64,000 bases of DNA from assembly GCF_006345805.1 (NCBI RefSeq), contig NC_042998.1:15438001-15502000 (forward strand), in the 5' to 3' direction. Below are positions 41,597 through 55,440 of the stretch, piece after piece; position 1 is the stretch's first letter; every line of letters starts with the position of its first letter. A program made the position numbers and the translations under genes. Source of the DNA: Octopus sinensis (taxonomy: Eukaryota). Below the pieces are notes generated by a model. That model worked only from the letters and a program-made list of their open reading frames with translations. It did no database searches and was not told the origin of the DNA.

Positions 41597-41636
41597 ATTT
41601 ATTTATTTGTTTATTATATATGCTTGTATATATATA

Positions 41637-41677
<41 letters not shown>

Positions 41678-41713
41678 TACATCATATCTATTTATCTACT
41701 CTCTTTCTCTGTA

Positions 41714-41796
<83 letters not shown>

Positions 41797-41819
41797 TACA
41801 TATATATATATATCTATAT

Positions 41820-42016
41820 ATAGTTAATCCAAACACGAAAGCACAAAAAAACACAACAACGCGAAGACGTGGAACAAATATAGTATTATTGGACGCTCAG
41901 GAAGGAAGGACAGAAGGAGGGTTTAACGTTTCGAGCGGTGCTCTTCGTCGGAAACATAGGAGAAGGAAAGATCCAGAGAAGGGAAGACAGAGGAAAAAAA
42001 TTGCCAACGGTACACA
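41820..42016 (-). mobile_element. Short hammerhead-bearing module, family A copy 2
   Basis: Reverse complement of 31690-31906; 3' end abuts (TA)n. Confidence 0.85.
41921..41955 (-). ncRNA. Minimal type I hammerhead-ribozyme-like motif (U4C core variant), best-formed copy
   Basis: Sense: GTTT CCGACGA A GAGC-ACC-GCTC GAA ACGT T AAAC; stems I and II fully Watson-Crick, stem III palindromic, GUU site. Confidence 0.7.
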
Positions 42017-42961
42017 CACACAGACGTAGGCGTTGATGCCTAATCTTTCTCGCTTGCGTGTAATGTCTATAGGTTTACACTCACAAACACCTACTTTAGC
42101 GCCAACAACTTACGTATCAAGGCATACACATATCTACAGAAAATATGATAAGATGAACCCTACATTTATACACCAATAATTTTCGACGTATATAAACATC
42201 ATCATAGGCCGTTAATATCATAAAGATCCCACAGCTAGCTGTAATATAGCTACTATTATCGCTGATAACAAAACACATGCATTTTGTTTCTATTATAATA
42301 TTACGACAGCAAAATCTCAACACATCTTTGTTTTAGTTCACACCGCAGACACGCACTCTGTAGCTATTTGTTCCTCCCTGTATTTGTAGCATTTCTTATC
42401 ATAATACGTCTTTACAAATGACACAACTCAAAATATATTTCGATATCAAATAACAAAAGTTTCAAGCTATTAAATCTTACTTTATAGAAAATTATCTCCG
42501 ACCCCTCAAATAATTACGGTTTGAAAATGCTTACTAGTATATAAGTAGAAAGACAATTTGGAATTGCATAATACCACTGGAATCTTGCCACACTGCCGAT
42601 CAAATAACTCGTCATATCATGTTCATATTGCTTCGGAAATCTTTAATACACTTGAAATTGTATTGTAGTGCATCACTTAATTCATACGTTTTGCTTAAGT
42701 AATGCTATACATCGATCCAGGTTTTTCACAGCTGGGAGTATTATTATTTGCTTATTAAGAAACAATTCTGATGGCCCCAACAGACCAAATGGAAAAGGTG
42801 TTGCTCCAGATGATGACGCCTGAGATGCGCTCTGGACCACCAGTTTCCTTGTGTAATATTGGTTTATTTGAGTAAATGAGCTCCAATATTTTACAGTTCT
42901 TTTTTTATTAACATTATAAGAAAATGGTAAATGTTATGTTATCATTATTTAGGTATTTCTA

Positions 42962-43135
42962 AGGCGCTGAGCTGGCAGAATCGTTAGCACGCCGGGCATA
43001 ATGCTTAGCGGCATTTCGTCTTTCTTCACGTTATGTTGAAATTACCCCGAGATAGATCTTGCCTTTCATTCTTTCGAGGTTCGAGAAAATAGGAACCTGA
43101 ATTTGTTGGCATTGTGCCAAAATTTGGAAACATTA
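42962..43135 (+). mobile_element. SINE family 2
   Basis: GGCGCTGAGCTGGCAGAATCGTTAGCACGCCGGGC...TGTGCCAAAATTTGGAAAC; homologous to 8658-8857. Confidence 0.8.
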
Positions 43136-43504
43136 TTTAGAAATTTCTTGATCTAACACACCTATGATCTAAACCCACTTCAGGTGAATCTCTCCTGCGT
43201 TTTGAAGTTTTAATGTCTATGCATCTATGACAGCGTTAAAATGTTAAAATGTTTAATGTAGAACACATTAACATGGCAACTATAAATATTTATGTAATAA
43301 GAAAAAACACAAATCTTATTAGCCAGAGACAAAAAATATTTGCATTTTTTTTTTCAACAAGCATGGGAAGAATTGCGAATGTATTGCTATATAATTCTGA
43401 ACGCATCATCGAAGAATAGCGTTGGTGTTGCTTCCTCGTAAAATGACGAATGTAATGAGCGTATCGATGGCTTTCATTACATTATACCGAATCATATATT
43501 AGAT

Positions 43505-44142
43505 GTTTGTTCCTTCTCGAGCCATGCCTGGCTCATAAGGGCCGGTTTCCCAGTTTCTGTGGCGTATATGCTCCCCACCTGCACGGGAAGCCGGTCCGTC
43601 GCAGGTGAGCTGCAAGATGCAGGAGGAATGAGTGAGAGAAAGTTGTGGCGAAAGAGTCAGCAGAAGTTTGCCATTACCTTTTGCCGAAGCCACGAGGAGC
43701 TTAGGTATTTCGCTCGTAAACATATACATTGTTTCTCTATAACTTGTTTCTCTATAACTTGTTACCGTCCCCGCTCTTCTGCTGTTTGCCCTCCTTTTTC
43801 TTTTTCCTTCTTCGCCTTCACACATGCACGGATTCTGTAGACCATTATAATACACACCTACACAGAAATATACACAGAGAGAGATCCTGTTGAAAATTAA
43901 TGGCTTCACTTCCACGAGTCTCGGATAGGAATAAACAGAAGAAACAGAAAAACAACTGCGGATGGGTGCGCCTAAGTAAGTTTATGGCGGAGGATCAGGA
44001 TCCATCTCTTGTCGATAAAATGGTAAAGAACACGTCTTCGAGTTCGCCATCTCAACACGAAAACTGTTGTAATGGCCATCACCACCACCGTGATCTCTCG
44101 ACCGCGAGTCTGCTGCTCTAACCACTAGGCCATGTGCCTCCA
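43505..44142 (-). mobile_element. SINE family 3, 3' module type b, interrupted by ~357 bp of foreign sequence
   Basis: 43505-43729 and 44087-44142 align to the intact copy 63521-63828; the B-box segment is replaced by 43730-44086. Confidence 0.8.
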
Positions 44143-44452
44143 CTAAATCACATTGGATTGTGTAGGAGTAGAATCATTTGCTGATTAACAAAATATGAAC
44201 AGCTAACTGAATGAAAATTTGTGTAAACGCAATTTCTATCGAGAGCATCTATAAGTTATCTATGTGTGCGAGTGCTTGTGAGCGTGTGTGTGTACGTGTG
44301 CACGCTTTGGTGTGTGCGTGTGTGTGCATAAGGAAGAACTTGAAGTCCTTGGAATTCCTCCACTGCATGCACGAGAAGGAATACTATAAACCTAAATATT
44401 GAAACGGAAAATATTTTAATTTCTGTAAAGAAATTCATCTAATTTAAATCAT

Positions 44453-44673
44453 TACTCTTTTACTCTTTTATTTGTTTCAGTCATTTGACTGCGGCCATGC
44501 TGAAGCACCGCCTTTAATCGAGCAACTCGATCCCGGGACTTATTCTTTTGTAAGCCCAGTACTTATTCTATCGTTCTCTTTCGCCGAACCGCTAAGTAAC
44601 GGGGACATAAACACACCAGCATCGGTTGTCAAGCAATGCTAGAGGGACAAACACAGACACACAAACACACACA

Positions 44674-44710
<37 letters not shown>

Positions 44711-44871
44711 GATGGACTTCTTTCAGTTTCCGTCTACCAAATCCACTCACAAGGCATTGGTCGGCCCGAGGCTATAGTAGAAGACACTCGCTCAAGGTGC
44801 CACGCAGTGGGACTGAACCGGGAACCATGTGGTTGGTAGACAAGCTACTTACCACACAGCCACTCCTGCGT
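44453..44871 (-). mobile_element. SINE family 1, full length
   Basis: Head CGCAGGAGTGGCTGTGTGGTAAG..GGTTCAGTCCC, CORE-like CACCTTGAGCGAGTGTCTTC, internal TA/CA tract, LINE-like 3' tail. Confidence 0.92.
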
Positions 44872-45079
44872 CATTGTCTATTCCAAATTCAAATTTCCAC
44901 CGTGGTAGATACTATGTGGTCGATCGAAATACTAGAAACAACAGCCGATACTTCTTCACATACATGGATATTAGAATAATACATTTGTTAAAAGCAGGAG
45001 ATGGTTACGGTTCGGATACTGTTTTTATCTGAAGTGCACTCGGTCTGTGTTGCGCTTTTGCTAATCGTAACAGAAGAAC

Positions 45080-45440
45080 TGTGAAGTTGTGTACTAACAA
45101 GAGGCAATCTGCTCCGTGTATCAACTTGTCCTCGAATCTCTCATATATTACTCTCATCTTCAAGAGAGGAAAATAAGATGCTAATGTTGTTACGCATTAT
45201 CGAAGGAAAGCCAAAGCTGGATATAAGGGGGATCTGTGGTTAGCACGATAAATATCTGTGCAGGTTTGATCATGTGGAAGAATTCGGTGGTTTACAGTAG
45301 ATAAAGGAATTGTCGAGTACTAAAAGTGGAGGATACTTGTGGGAAAGTTATGAAGACAGGGAATGAAATATAAAATATAAACACAACAACCATGACAAAT
45401 CGTGACAAATGCACTGGAGAAGAATCGCAGAGCCTTGCAA
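45080..45440 (-). mobile_element. Possible L2/CR1-group LINE remnant (pre-RT region)
   Basis: Frameshifted ..STIPLSTV..HDQ..PALAF..CVTTLASYFP.. resembles the segment preceding RT domain 1; weak. Confidence 0.3.
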
Positions 45441-45899
45441 CTATGGAATTAATGGGTGTTTAAATGAGGGAGGTGGTGCTGTTTATGGTGTGTAACATAT
45501 CGACATTTCGAACCCTTTTCCATTGTTTTCTTGTTAAACCTCCGTTTACTACTTTTCTTGTTACTTTTTTATTCTCCCGCCACACGAGTAAAGAAGAATG
45601 GTTCTGGATCTGTACGCATTCATTCCCTCCACCGTCTTGCTTCATCTCTCAGATTCCCCCCAATCACGTTAACTGTATAATGAGCGATATTCTAATGTCA
45701 GTCGGTATAATCTATCTATTCACCATCTATTACATTCGCCGTTGTTTATTGTCACACCTAAGTCTTCCCTTATACTAATGATTGCTAAACGTCACTCACT
45801 CGTATATCTCTGTTGCTATCATTCACTCCTTCTGAATCAGTTTATATCACACCAATTACATCTTATGAATAAATTAACAAAGCTGTATACTGACTCATC

Positions 45900-47335
45900 A
45901 CATTAAGATCTTGAGGAAAGATTATATGCTCTAAAACACGAACTCATGGCGCTGACCGAAAATCTTCTCTATCGCAAACGAATTTTTGAACGAGCCTGTA
46001 TTAATGACATGTTTGCTTCTAAACTACAGGCATTATAGAGAGAGCTGAGTACGGAAAATATTACCGTTAAGAAAGCTTTTTCTCAAGATCTTGAATCATT
46101 CCGGTTGAAATTCTTGAAAAGAAAATGAGATTCCAAACTTAATAAACCGCGGCTAAATATAGGTAAGGAGAGGATAGTGTACCAACATCAACAGTAAAAC
46201 ATACACAAATGCCTCGGAAAGTTTCACCATAGTGTAGGCAAGCTGCATAATGGAAAAAGCACCTGTTAAAGACCTATTAGTTGGATATCGACATAAAAGG
46301 CTGATATTTTACTTATACTACTAATATATATTATCGAAAACAGTATGAAAGGTCAGATTGACATACCAGATTGGTTTGCTATAGGACGAACGTATCTTGT
46401 GTAGAAGAATGAAACGACCGAGTTGACAGAAAGCTATCGGCCCAGTGGTTGCTTAAATGTTATGTTCAAACTGTACAAAAGCTGTCACAAAGAATGTATC
46501 CAGGACCATTGCGAGTCCAACACAGTGACCGATGAAGAGGCAGTAGGAAAAAAGGCAGTGTGGGGATGTGCCGAATAATTTCTGATAAACAAGACACTAC
46601 ACACAGAAGTAAAAATAAAAGAAAGAAACGTGGAAAGTTGTCAGCAAATCGGCTTGAGTGGGAAGGCATTCACTTCTGGTCCCACTCAAAGCTACTGAAG
46701 TGCCTATGGTTGGAAAAATGTCTGCTATATTAATTCTTCCACTGAGAAGTCAGTAAAGACCTGGGCAACACTTCTAACTCACAGAACTGTGAGTAGGAAA
46801 ATATCTTCAATGTTATAAACACTACAAAGGGAATATTTGGAGGAGATGGATTTTCTTCATTTTAGCATTGAATCGATTATCATACTGGCTGCAAAAATTA
46901 AGTAGCTACATTCGACGGTTTGCAATTGCTAGAGATATGAATGTAACCCATAATTTCTTTGTGGAGCCCTCAGGATATATGCTAACAGTATTAAGAATGC
47001 AGAAAAACAGCTGGAACAACATTTCCATGTGGCATATGAAGGGAATTTCGCGAAAAAATGTTTATATGTGAATGTTGAACGTGGAAAATCGGTAACCCCC
47101 ACTAGACACATTCCTGCGCATCAATGACCACACAATATCTCATGTATCACAAAGAGTGCTACAAGAATGCAGGCAGTGAAGAAACCATATCAAATAAAGG
47201 TATCTTGAATAAAGAAAGAACAACCCGAGAATACTCAGCCAGACTAAGAAAAGTATAGCAGTTGGAACTCTCCTCTTACAATTAGACAATATCTTATAAT
47301 GCATGTGCAGTACCAGTGTTAGTATCAACATATCA
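45900..47335 (+). mobile_element. R4/Dong-like non-LTR retrotransposon RT, heavily decayed
   Basis: IPDWFAIGRTYLV.KNETT..SYRPSGCLNVMFKLY; AVGKKAVWGCAE.FLINK; KGIFGGDG; THNFFV(E/D); NKERTTREY..RLRKV.QLELSSYN..YNACAVPVL. Confidence 0.75.
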
Positions 47336-47406
47336 GACTATATATGTACGTATGCATGTATATATGCATGCACGCATGTATTTATGTATGCATGCATGCA
47401 TGCATG

Positions 47407-47441
<35 letters not shown>

Positions 47442-47707
47442 TTGTGTTTGCTATATTTTTCGAACGGAATATTGCCGTTAGAACAACAGAAATAATGGGT
47501 AAATCACCCTTATATTATCAACAACCAATCATGAGTATTTCCCGTTGTAAGGGTAATTTACCCTTTATTTCTGTTGTTGTAATGTTACGTTCGAAAATAT
47601 ATCACCTACTTGTTTGAATCGTATACACACACACACACACACACACAACACACACACACACACACAACACACACACATATATATATATATATATACACAC
47701 ACATATA

Positions 47708-47760
<53 letters not shown>

Positions 47761-49004
47761 TATGTGTGTGTGTGTGTGTATGTGTATATATATATATATA
47801 TAAATATACATTCATTGGCACAAATATCATTGACTACTAAACTTAAGACTTCGTGTGAATTGTTTTCTTCAAGTCGTTAGGCACAAATACAGCATATATT
47901 TCAAAGAAAACCAAACTTGAAGAAAAACAAAATAGTAAACTTTAGTAACATTGGAAAGAATAAAGACTCGTGTTTTGAAAACCATCATCACATCGAGATA
48001 AAAATCATATAAGAGAATAAATGGTAAACTCAACGATAAAAGCACAAAACATTAAAAACTGTTCTTTGTAAAAACTGCATGCCACTTCGATGGAGTTATT
48101 TCAATTTGACTTTGAAATGAAAGAAAGAATTATGAAATTATATATTTGAAATATCAACAATCATATGTTGAAACAAAAGATGAATATAAACTAAATATTT
48201 TATTTGACGACAGTGAGTAGTAAGACTACCACCATCGCTGATACCAAATACCACCGCCACCGCCACCGCCACCTCCAGAACAACAATAACAATTACAAGC
48301 ACAATAATAACATCAACCTCAAAAACTGAATCTATATAAACGGGCTGTAACATCAATAATGGTAATCCAAGAAAAGAATATATACAAAAATGAAATTGAC
48401 TGTTATAGAGAAAGCGTTATGAAAAGGAGAGAACGAAGAAAAAAAATGTTATGATTAAATACAAATTATATTTATGATTCGTGGAAAGAAAATAAAAATA
48501 AACTTATTCTATGACCAAAATAATTGAGATATCAAAGGAGATATCTAGGAGATAAACAATCAGGTGAAGAAAACCGAAGATAATAATTAAACAACAAAAA
48601 ATAACAGCAATAACAAGAAGAAGAATAACAACAAAAACAGCAACAACAGAAACAAATCAAAAACAAAAACCAGATGAGTGAATGAAAAGATAAATTTAAT
48701 TAGGCATAAAAATATCAGATAAAAAAAAAATCGGTGGAAATCTTTCTATTTGTTTAATATTTGCTATGATGTATATGAAATAGTTGTGAGAACCAAGGTC
48801 AACCCAATGAACTGTCTGCAATATGAAGTACTTTATGTTTTTCACGTTAGAACATTTTTCTATATATATATACATACATACATACATACATACATACATA
48901 CATACTCACAAACATACGCACCCGCAAACTCATACATATATATAGGCTTACATACTTATATACATATATATATATATATATATAAATGTAAATGTATATA
49001 TGTA

Positions 49005-49141
<137 letters not shown>

Positions 49142-50181
49142 CAGTGCTTAGCACTTCATTTATATCGACTTTGCTTTGAATAGCTACTAAGAGAATTGGT
49201 CAAACAGAGTTCGTGACTCTATTATTTCTGTCAATGCTTAAGTCCGTATAAACTCAGCATTGAAATCTAATGAAAATACAATTAATATATAACACTACTG
49301 CAATGAACTGCACCTACTTAGCCATTGTATTTGCTTATAATTTTTGGGATGGAGCCAGCATTAGTTAAGTTTCATGTTGTTATTACTGTTGCTGTTGTTT
49401 CTGGTGGTTGTGATGTGATGCTGGTGGTGTTGCAGTTGTTATTATCGTTGCTGTTGTTGGTGATGTTTCTCAAGTCTTGATAAGATCTTTGATGAACTAC
49501 ATTCCAGCAATGATAATCATGATTTTTCTAGTATATAGAAAACTCTATTATCTAATATTACGCTCGCTTTTTCGGATGATTGAATTTTGATAAAGACCTG
49601 ATAGCCTGCCATATCTAGTATGTAGAATTAACACACTGACTATCGCTTATTGAGTTGATAAATGTAGTCTTGATTTACATTTGCCGTATTACTCATAATA
49701 TTTTGAAGACAGAACGTTTTTTTTCAACAGTCGCTGCACCAGGAAAACAACTCCTTCAGTCCTCATAACCTGAGAAACAACATACCTCATTGGAATCACA
49801 TTTGGAAATCTAAAGACTCTGAAGAGATATCCAGCATGACATGGGCAGTGTTAGATAACGCAAGCATGAAAGGACAGAACAAATTATCAAAGAGAAGCTT
49901 CAGACTGTCTGCCATCTTCGGCAAATCTAACATAAAAGAAACAACTTTCGACTTGTCAGCCAATTCCTGCATTCTACTTGAAGAATCGCGAAAAATAACA
50001 CACACAAAACAAAACAAAAACATATAGAATTGGAGAGCCAGTGTTGTACGATGCTAACACCCTCACCTACCATATTATCACTTTCAAACACCAAACACGC
50101 TGCTCATGTCACTTACTGTAACACACATACACATACATACATACTTGCATGTATATATATATATATATTATATATATATAT

Positions 50182-50214
<33 letters not shown>

Positions 50215-50235
50215 CATATATATATATAATATATA

Positions 50236-50289
<54 letters not shown>

Positions 50290-51062
50290 GCATTCATATA
50301 CAATATATACATACATTCATATATATATACACATACATATACCTATTTTCACTTACATATATACATATATATATACGTACACATAAATATGTATTATATA
50401 TATAATATATATATATATATATACATATACTAATTTACACATATACACACGCGAATGTGTATGTATGTTTGTATATATGTATGTATATATATATACTCGT
50501 CATTCAACGTCGGTGTGTGTAGATGAATATGTATATTTATGTGTACATTAATGTGCTGTTCACGTTTATGCTTCTGCGAATATGAAAATATGAAAGAAAC
50601 ATTTAAGATAAGGAACATATCATACTTGCATAGCTTTTTATGTATCACATCTGCCACTTAAAATTATTGATTCTTTCCTATTGTTTTTCGGATGAAAATG
50701 TAGTATGTACTTCTAATACATCAAAGAGATGTTCACCAAAGATTTCAGAAAAGATATTCTGTAAGCCTGACCGTGGTAACAGTGTCTGAAAACATGGTCT
50801 TTGAAATTTTTGATTTGTGTTGTAGTTTAATCCCAAATCAGCCTTATCCAGCAGACCTAGGTTCAAAGCCCTTCTCTTTTTCGTATATCTTAGATTAAGT
50901 TATGTAACGCCTCCTTCCCTTTTTTTTTGACGATACTATGTAAATTTCGGTAGAATCGGCCACAATTTCGAACAGGCTGCTTGCCTTTGCTAAGGTTCTC
51001 ATTCGCTTCTAAGCTTTTACGATCCAATGTGAATTAAGCAGTGTGCCCGCTGATCACATACT

Positions 51063-51437
51063 CTACTCTTTTACTCTTTTACTTGCTTCAGTCATTTGAC
51101 TGCGGCCATGCTGAAGCACCGCCTTTAGTCGAGCAAATCGACCCCAGGACTTAATTCTTTGTAAGCCTAGTACTTATTCTATCGGCCTCTTTGTCGAACC
51201 GCTAACTTACAGGGGCGTAAACACACAAGCATCGGCTGTCAAGCGATATTGGGGGGACAAACGCAGACACACAAAATTATACACACATACATACATATAT
51301 ATATATACATATATACGACGGGCTTCTTTTAGTTTCCGTCTACCAAATCCACTCACAAGGCTTTGATCGGCCCGAGGCTATAGTAGAAGACACTTGCCCA
51401 AGTTGCCACGCAGTGGGACTGAACCCGGAACCATGTG
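51063..51437 (-). mobile_element. SINE family 1, lacking the A-box end
   Basis: Collinear with 44453-44871 up to GGAACCATGTG. Confidence 0.9.
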
Positions 51438-52469
51438 CACTGTTATTCAATATGTTTCTTTCTATTCTGAGTTGGGTGCGGGACACAAGAGAACTCACTG
51501 ATAACATGTGAACCATTATATCTTATCTTGATAGTTTAAAATATTCGAGTACAAAACGCGTTTCTCTTGGACAACAAAATTTGTACGAAACTATTGTGTT
51601 ATATATTCTGCTTGAGTAAATCTCATCAGGGAAAACGCGTGCAACAGCGATTCAACCAGAAAACATCTGAGACAATGCTGACCTATGCCTTGTAACATGA
51701 AAACATTAAAGATTTCTTTGATAATTCTGATCCTGCAAAATTACCGTAACATAAGCCTTCTGGGCAATAGACAGTCTACAAAAAATTTGAAACCACGTGA
51801 ACAACCACGTGACAAATTAATGTAACGAAGAATTAGACATGTGTCTCATTTTCCATCTTAACTTTTCTACCATAGATCTTCATTTCAAGGGTGGGAGCGA
51901 TAATGCATTTTAAGCACGATATGATTGTAAACTACCATCCCTTGCTTACATATTACTTTGTTTCTCAAAGTTAAATCCGTTTCCCCATATCATGTTCGAC
52001 ATTTCTATAACAATTTTGAACAGTCTTTACTGCAATACAAATTTAAAATTAATATGACCGAACATGAAATACATAAAGAGATTAAAAACACGGCGAATAT
52101 ATTTTTGAAATTGTATCATGCATCTATTTGCATGACTCTTCTTCTCCTTAACTTTTATATAAATCTCTTCCACTTGCAATTTTATACATGTTGCCTTCCC
52201 CATCCCATGCATCAAATCTATCCATTCTTTCCTAACTTTATCCCTATTCTTTTTCCATTTGTTCACACCGAAGATGCATAATTGCGTAGAAATCATTGTT
52301 AGAAATAGCATGCTTCATTCCTGGCTGTTGTGTAAAAGAAACTGCGCCGTCAAGTGCTTACAATGAGTTTTACATATTGTATAACATAGCAGAACAGTCG
52401 AGGTTAGAGCAGATATCCATCAAGCGTGTGAACAATTAAATATCGACTGAGAATTCCATTATTGTTCTT

Positions 52470-52680
52470 GCGGTTGTTGTTGCTGCTGCCGCTACTGGTG
52501 TTCTTTCTGTTGTTATTGTTGTTGTTATTATTGTTATCATTGTTGTTGCTGTTGTTGCTTTTTTTCTTCATCTTCTTCTTCTTCTTCTTCTTCGTCTTCT
52601 TCTTCTTCTTCTTCTTCTTCTTCTTCTACTACTACTACTACTACTACTACTACTAACACCACCATCACCACCAGCACCAT

Positions 52681-52714
<34 letters not shown>

Positions 52715-52817
52715 CCTTCTCAAAAAGCAGGAGAGATACTTCTCCTCCTCCTCCTTCTCTTCCCCTCCTCCTCATCATGATCATCACCATCATCATGATC
52801 GTCACTATCATCATCAA

Positions 52818-52855
<38 letters not shown>

Positions 52856-52890
52856 CCACTATAATCATTATTATTACTAACATTATATCA
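52470..52890. repeat. Compound trinucleotide array (GTT/GCT, CTT, CTA, CAC, CTC, CAT, ATT)
   Basis: Direct reading. Confidence 0.95.
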
Positions 52891-53169
52891 TTATTTACTT
52901 CTGCATCTTTATTGTATTCTCGCCGAAAAAGTAAAAAAAAAAGTTAAAGTGAAATCTGAAATCTGTATTCTTCCAACATTCACAATAATTTAACAATCCA
53001 AAATGGGCTGAGCAATCTAGCGAATGTCGATGAGAAATTTTTATGCAAATTTGGAGAACACTCGCAAAATCAATACACACATATAAAGACACACACAGAG
53101 AAATATGCATACAGGTGCAGACACACCTTGGTGCGCGTATGCATGAATATATGAATACCTGTATGTATA

Positions 53170-53210
<41 letters not shown>

Positions 53211-53967
53211 CTATATCATACATATATATAACATATATATATATGCATGTATTCGTATATATGTATATGTGTAAATGCATACATAAATATGTTCACATAT
53301 ATATGAAGAAAAAAATAGAGATGATGCAACATCTATCATCACTACCGCCTCCATCACTGTCTATAGCAACAATAACATTGTATAAATTGTAAAAAATTAT
53401 GCGAAAAATGCTCTTCAGAGATGCATGACTGAATAAATTGACATGGTATTTTCTAGCAGGCTGGAAAAAAAAATGCTTCACCGATTCCTTCTTTCTCACT
53501 CCCATTACGCTCTTCTCCTAATCTAAGTTGTTTTACTTCTTTATAAATTTGATTCTCCAGTCATTGCTTGTTTTTCTTTCTCCACTTGCCATTTTTTTTC
53601 CCATCTTCTTTTTCGTTTATAGTGTCTTATAAATTGCGTTTTGTCATTTTCAATACATGTTTTATTTTCTTCTTACTTCTGCATACCTCTTTATGTCAAT
53701 TTTATTTTTCCCCATCTAAAACGTATTCACTTCTAATGCGAATATATTCACTTCAAGTACACAGAATTTTTCTTCCCTATTTCTTGACCCATCATCTGAG
53801 CTATTAGAGCATTCCAGTCACACACATAGTCAGATATAAACCTGTGGCAGTTTTTGCAATTATGAACGGATATTCCCCCATATGAAACATTCTGCTATTG
53901 GTAAATGGTCGAACAATTAAATTACTAGTAAGTGAAAGGCGTTTTCACTATATACACACCACACAGG

Positions 53968-54012
<45 letters not shown>

Positions 54013-54596
54013 GCACACACACATATAAACATATATATGCATATATTTATATATACACACTCTCATACACAAATATATATATATATATGCATATAACTAT
54101 ATATATATATATATATACAGTATATTGAAATAAGCGTATATTTGTATGCTCACACATATATAGATACGTACTTGCATTCACGCACACGTTACACTTCTCA
54201 GACCTTCGTGTATACTTCCTATCCAATATGTGGATATCTTTATGATATAATATCACCGATTCTTATATCACTGAGTGATTTATTCTTTTGCAAATCAAAT
54301 TCCTCTTCAATTTTACGCTATAGTAATTTCTCATATTTGTTTTTTAAGTTTTTAAATTTATTAATTAATTCAGTAACAATTCAATGTAAAATCCCTCAAT
54401 ATTGTTCCGAATCTGTCAGATTGGAACCAAAAAGAAAAGAAAAATTACGTTTCTAAGGAAAGTAAATGGAAATGATAACAATGAGACAGAGCAAACCTTC
54501 TACTACGATCAAATTATAAGAGGCATTGGAGCTGCTTTTAATCAATGAAAGCAAACATAAGAAAATTTTAACCAATATTAAAAAGCAAGCAAAAAA

Positions 54597-54770
54597 GGAG
54601 CAGTCGTGGCCGGGTGGTTTAGAATTTCTGCTTGTAATGACATGAATTTAGGTTCAGTCTCACTACGCAGTCCCATGGATACATTGCTGCTAATGTAGAC
54701 AGGAACCGATTGAATTACGTAAGATTGGTTGACGGAAACTGTATTGAAACTCGTCGTACTTATTATTTTT
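54597..54770 (+). mobile_element. Diverged SINE family 1-like head
   Basis: GTGGCCGGGTGG A-box, GGTTCAGTCTC B-box, GATTGGTTGACGGAAACTGTATTGAAACTCGTCGTA. Confidence 0.65.
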
Positions 54771-55319
54771 ACGGGAGTGTATGTGTAGATTGTATACATT
54801 TATGTTCTTCATTCTTACTTACCCGTTTTCAACTGGTATTGTCTTATGCCTAGGATGACTCCCGTTAAGACAGAATAAGTGGTATGGAACCTTACTTTCA
54901 GTTTCAAAGTCTAAACTCTTCAAGATTGTGCTACAGCAGTGCTTCAGTTCAATGATTGGAATGCAAGGCAGAAGAAACGGTTCATTAACAGAAAATCGAC
55001 AAGGCAGTGCGCCAGTATGTCTGCTATCCTACGACTGAAAGAATTAAGCGATGAACATCTAAGTAAACTCACCAAAGAAAAAATGCAAAATAAACAATAA
55101 TACGACGTATGAGCGTTCAGGTTCTGGTAAAAGGGTACATATTTTGCCAAAAATTGCCAAATTTGTTCCTACAGTCTTCTTTAACCACAACCAGAATCGT
55201 AAACTTTCTCTTGAAATTGTTTCAAACTAGTCAAAGTTGAGAGTTCGTACCCCACATTAGCTCACTGTTTCCATCAAATCGACGTTTTCTGAACAGGTGT
55301 AAGGTGTACAATGCGCCAG

Positions 55320-55440
55320 GTGCCGAAGTGATGGTAAAACATGAGATGGAATGTTACGCTGAAGACCACACCCGGTCTAGGAACTGAAGCCATGATCTTG
55401 CCATCCGAGGTAGAGCTCTCTGATGACTATATCGCGTCTC
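55320..55440 (-). mobile_element. Degenerate SINE family 3-like head
   Basis: CACCCGGTCTAGGAACTGAAGCCATGATC resembles CGCCCGGTCTGGGAATCGAAACCACGATC at 25357. Confidence 0.4.

Noticed and set aside
51958-52311. Overlapping 107 aa and 94 aa ORFs
   Set aside because: No motif I recognise and no clear splice boundaries; needs BLASTX.
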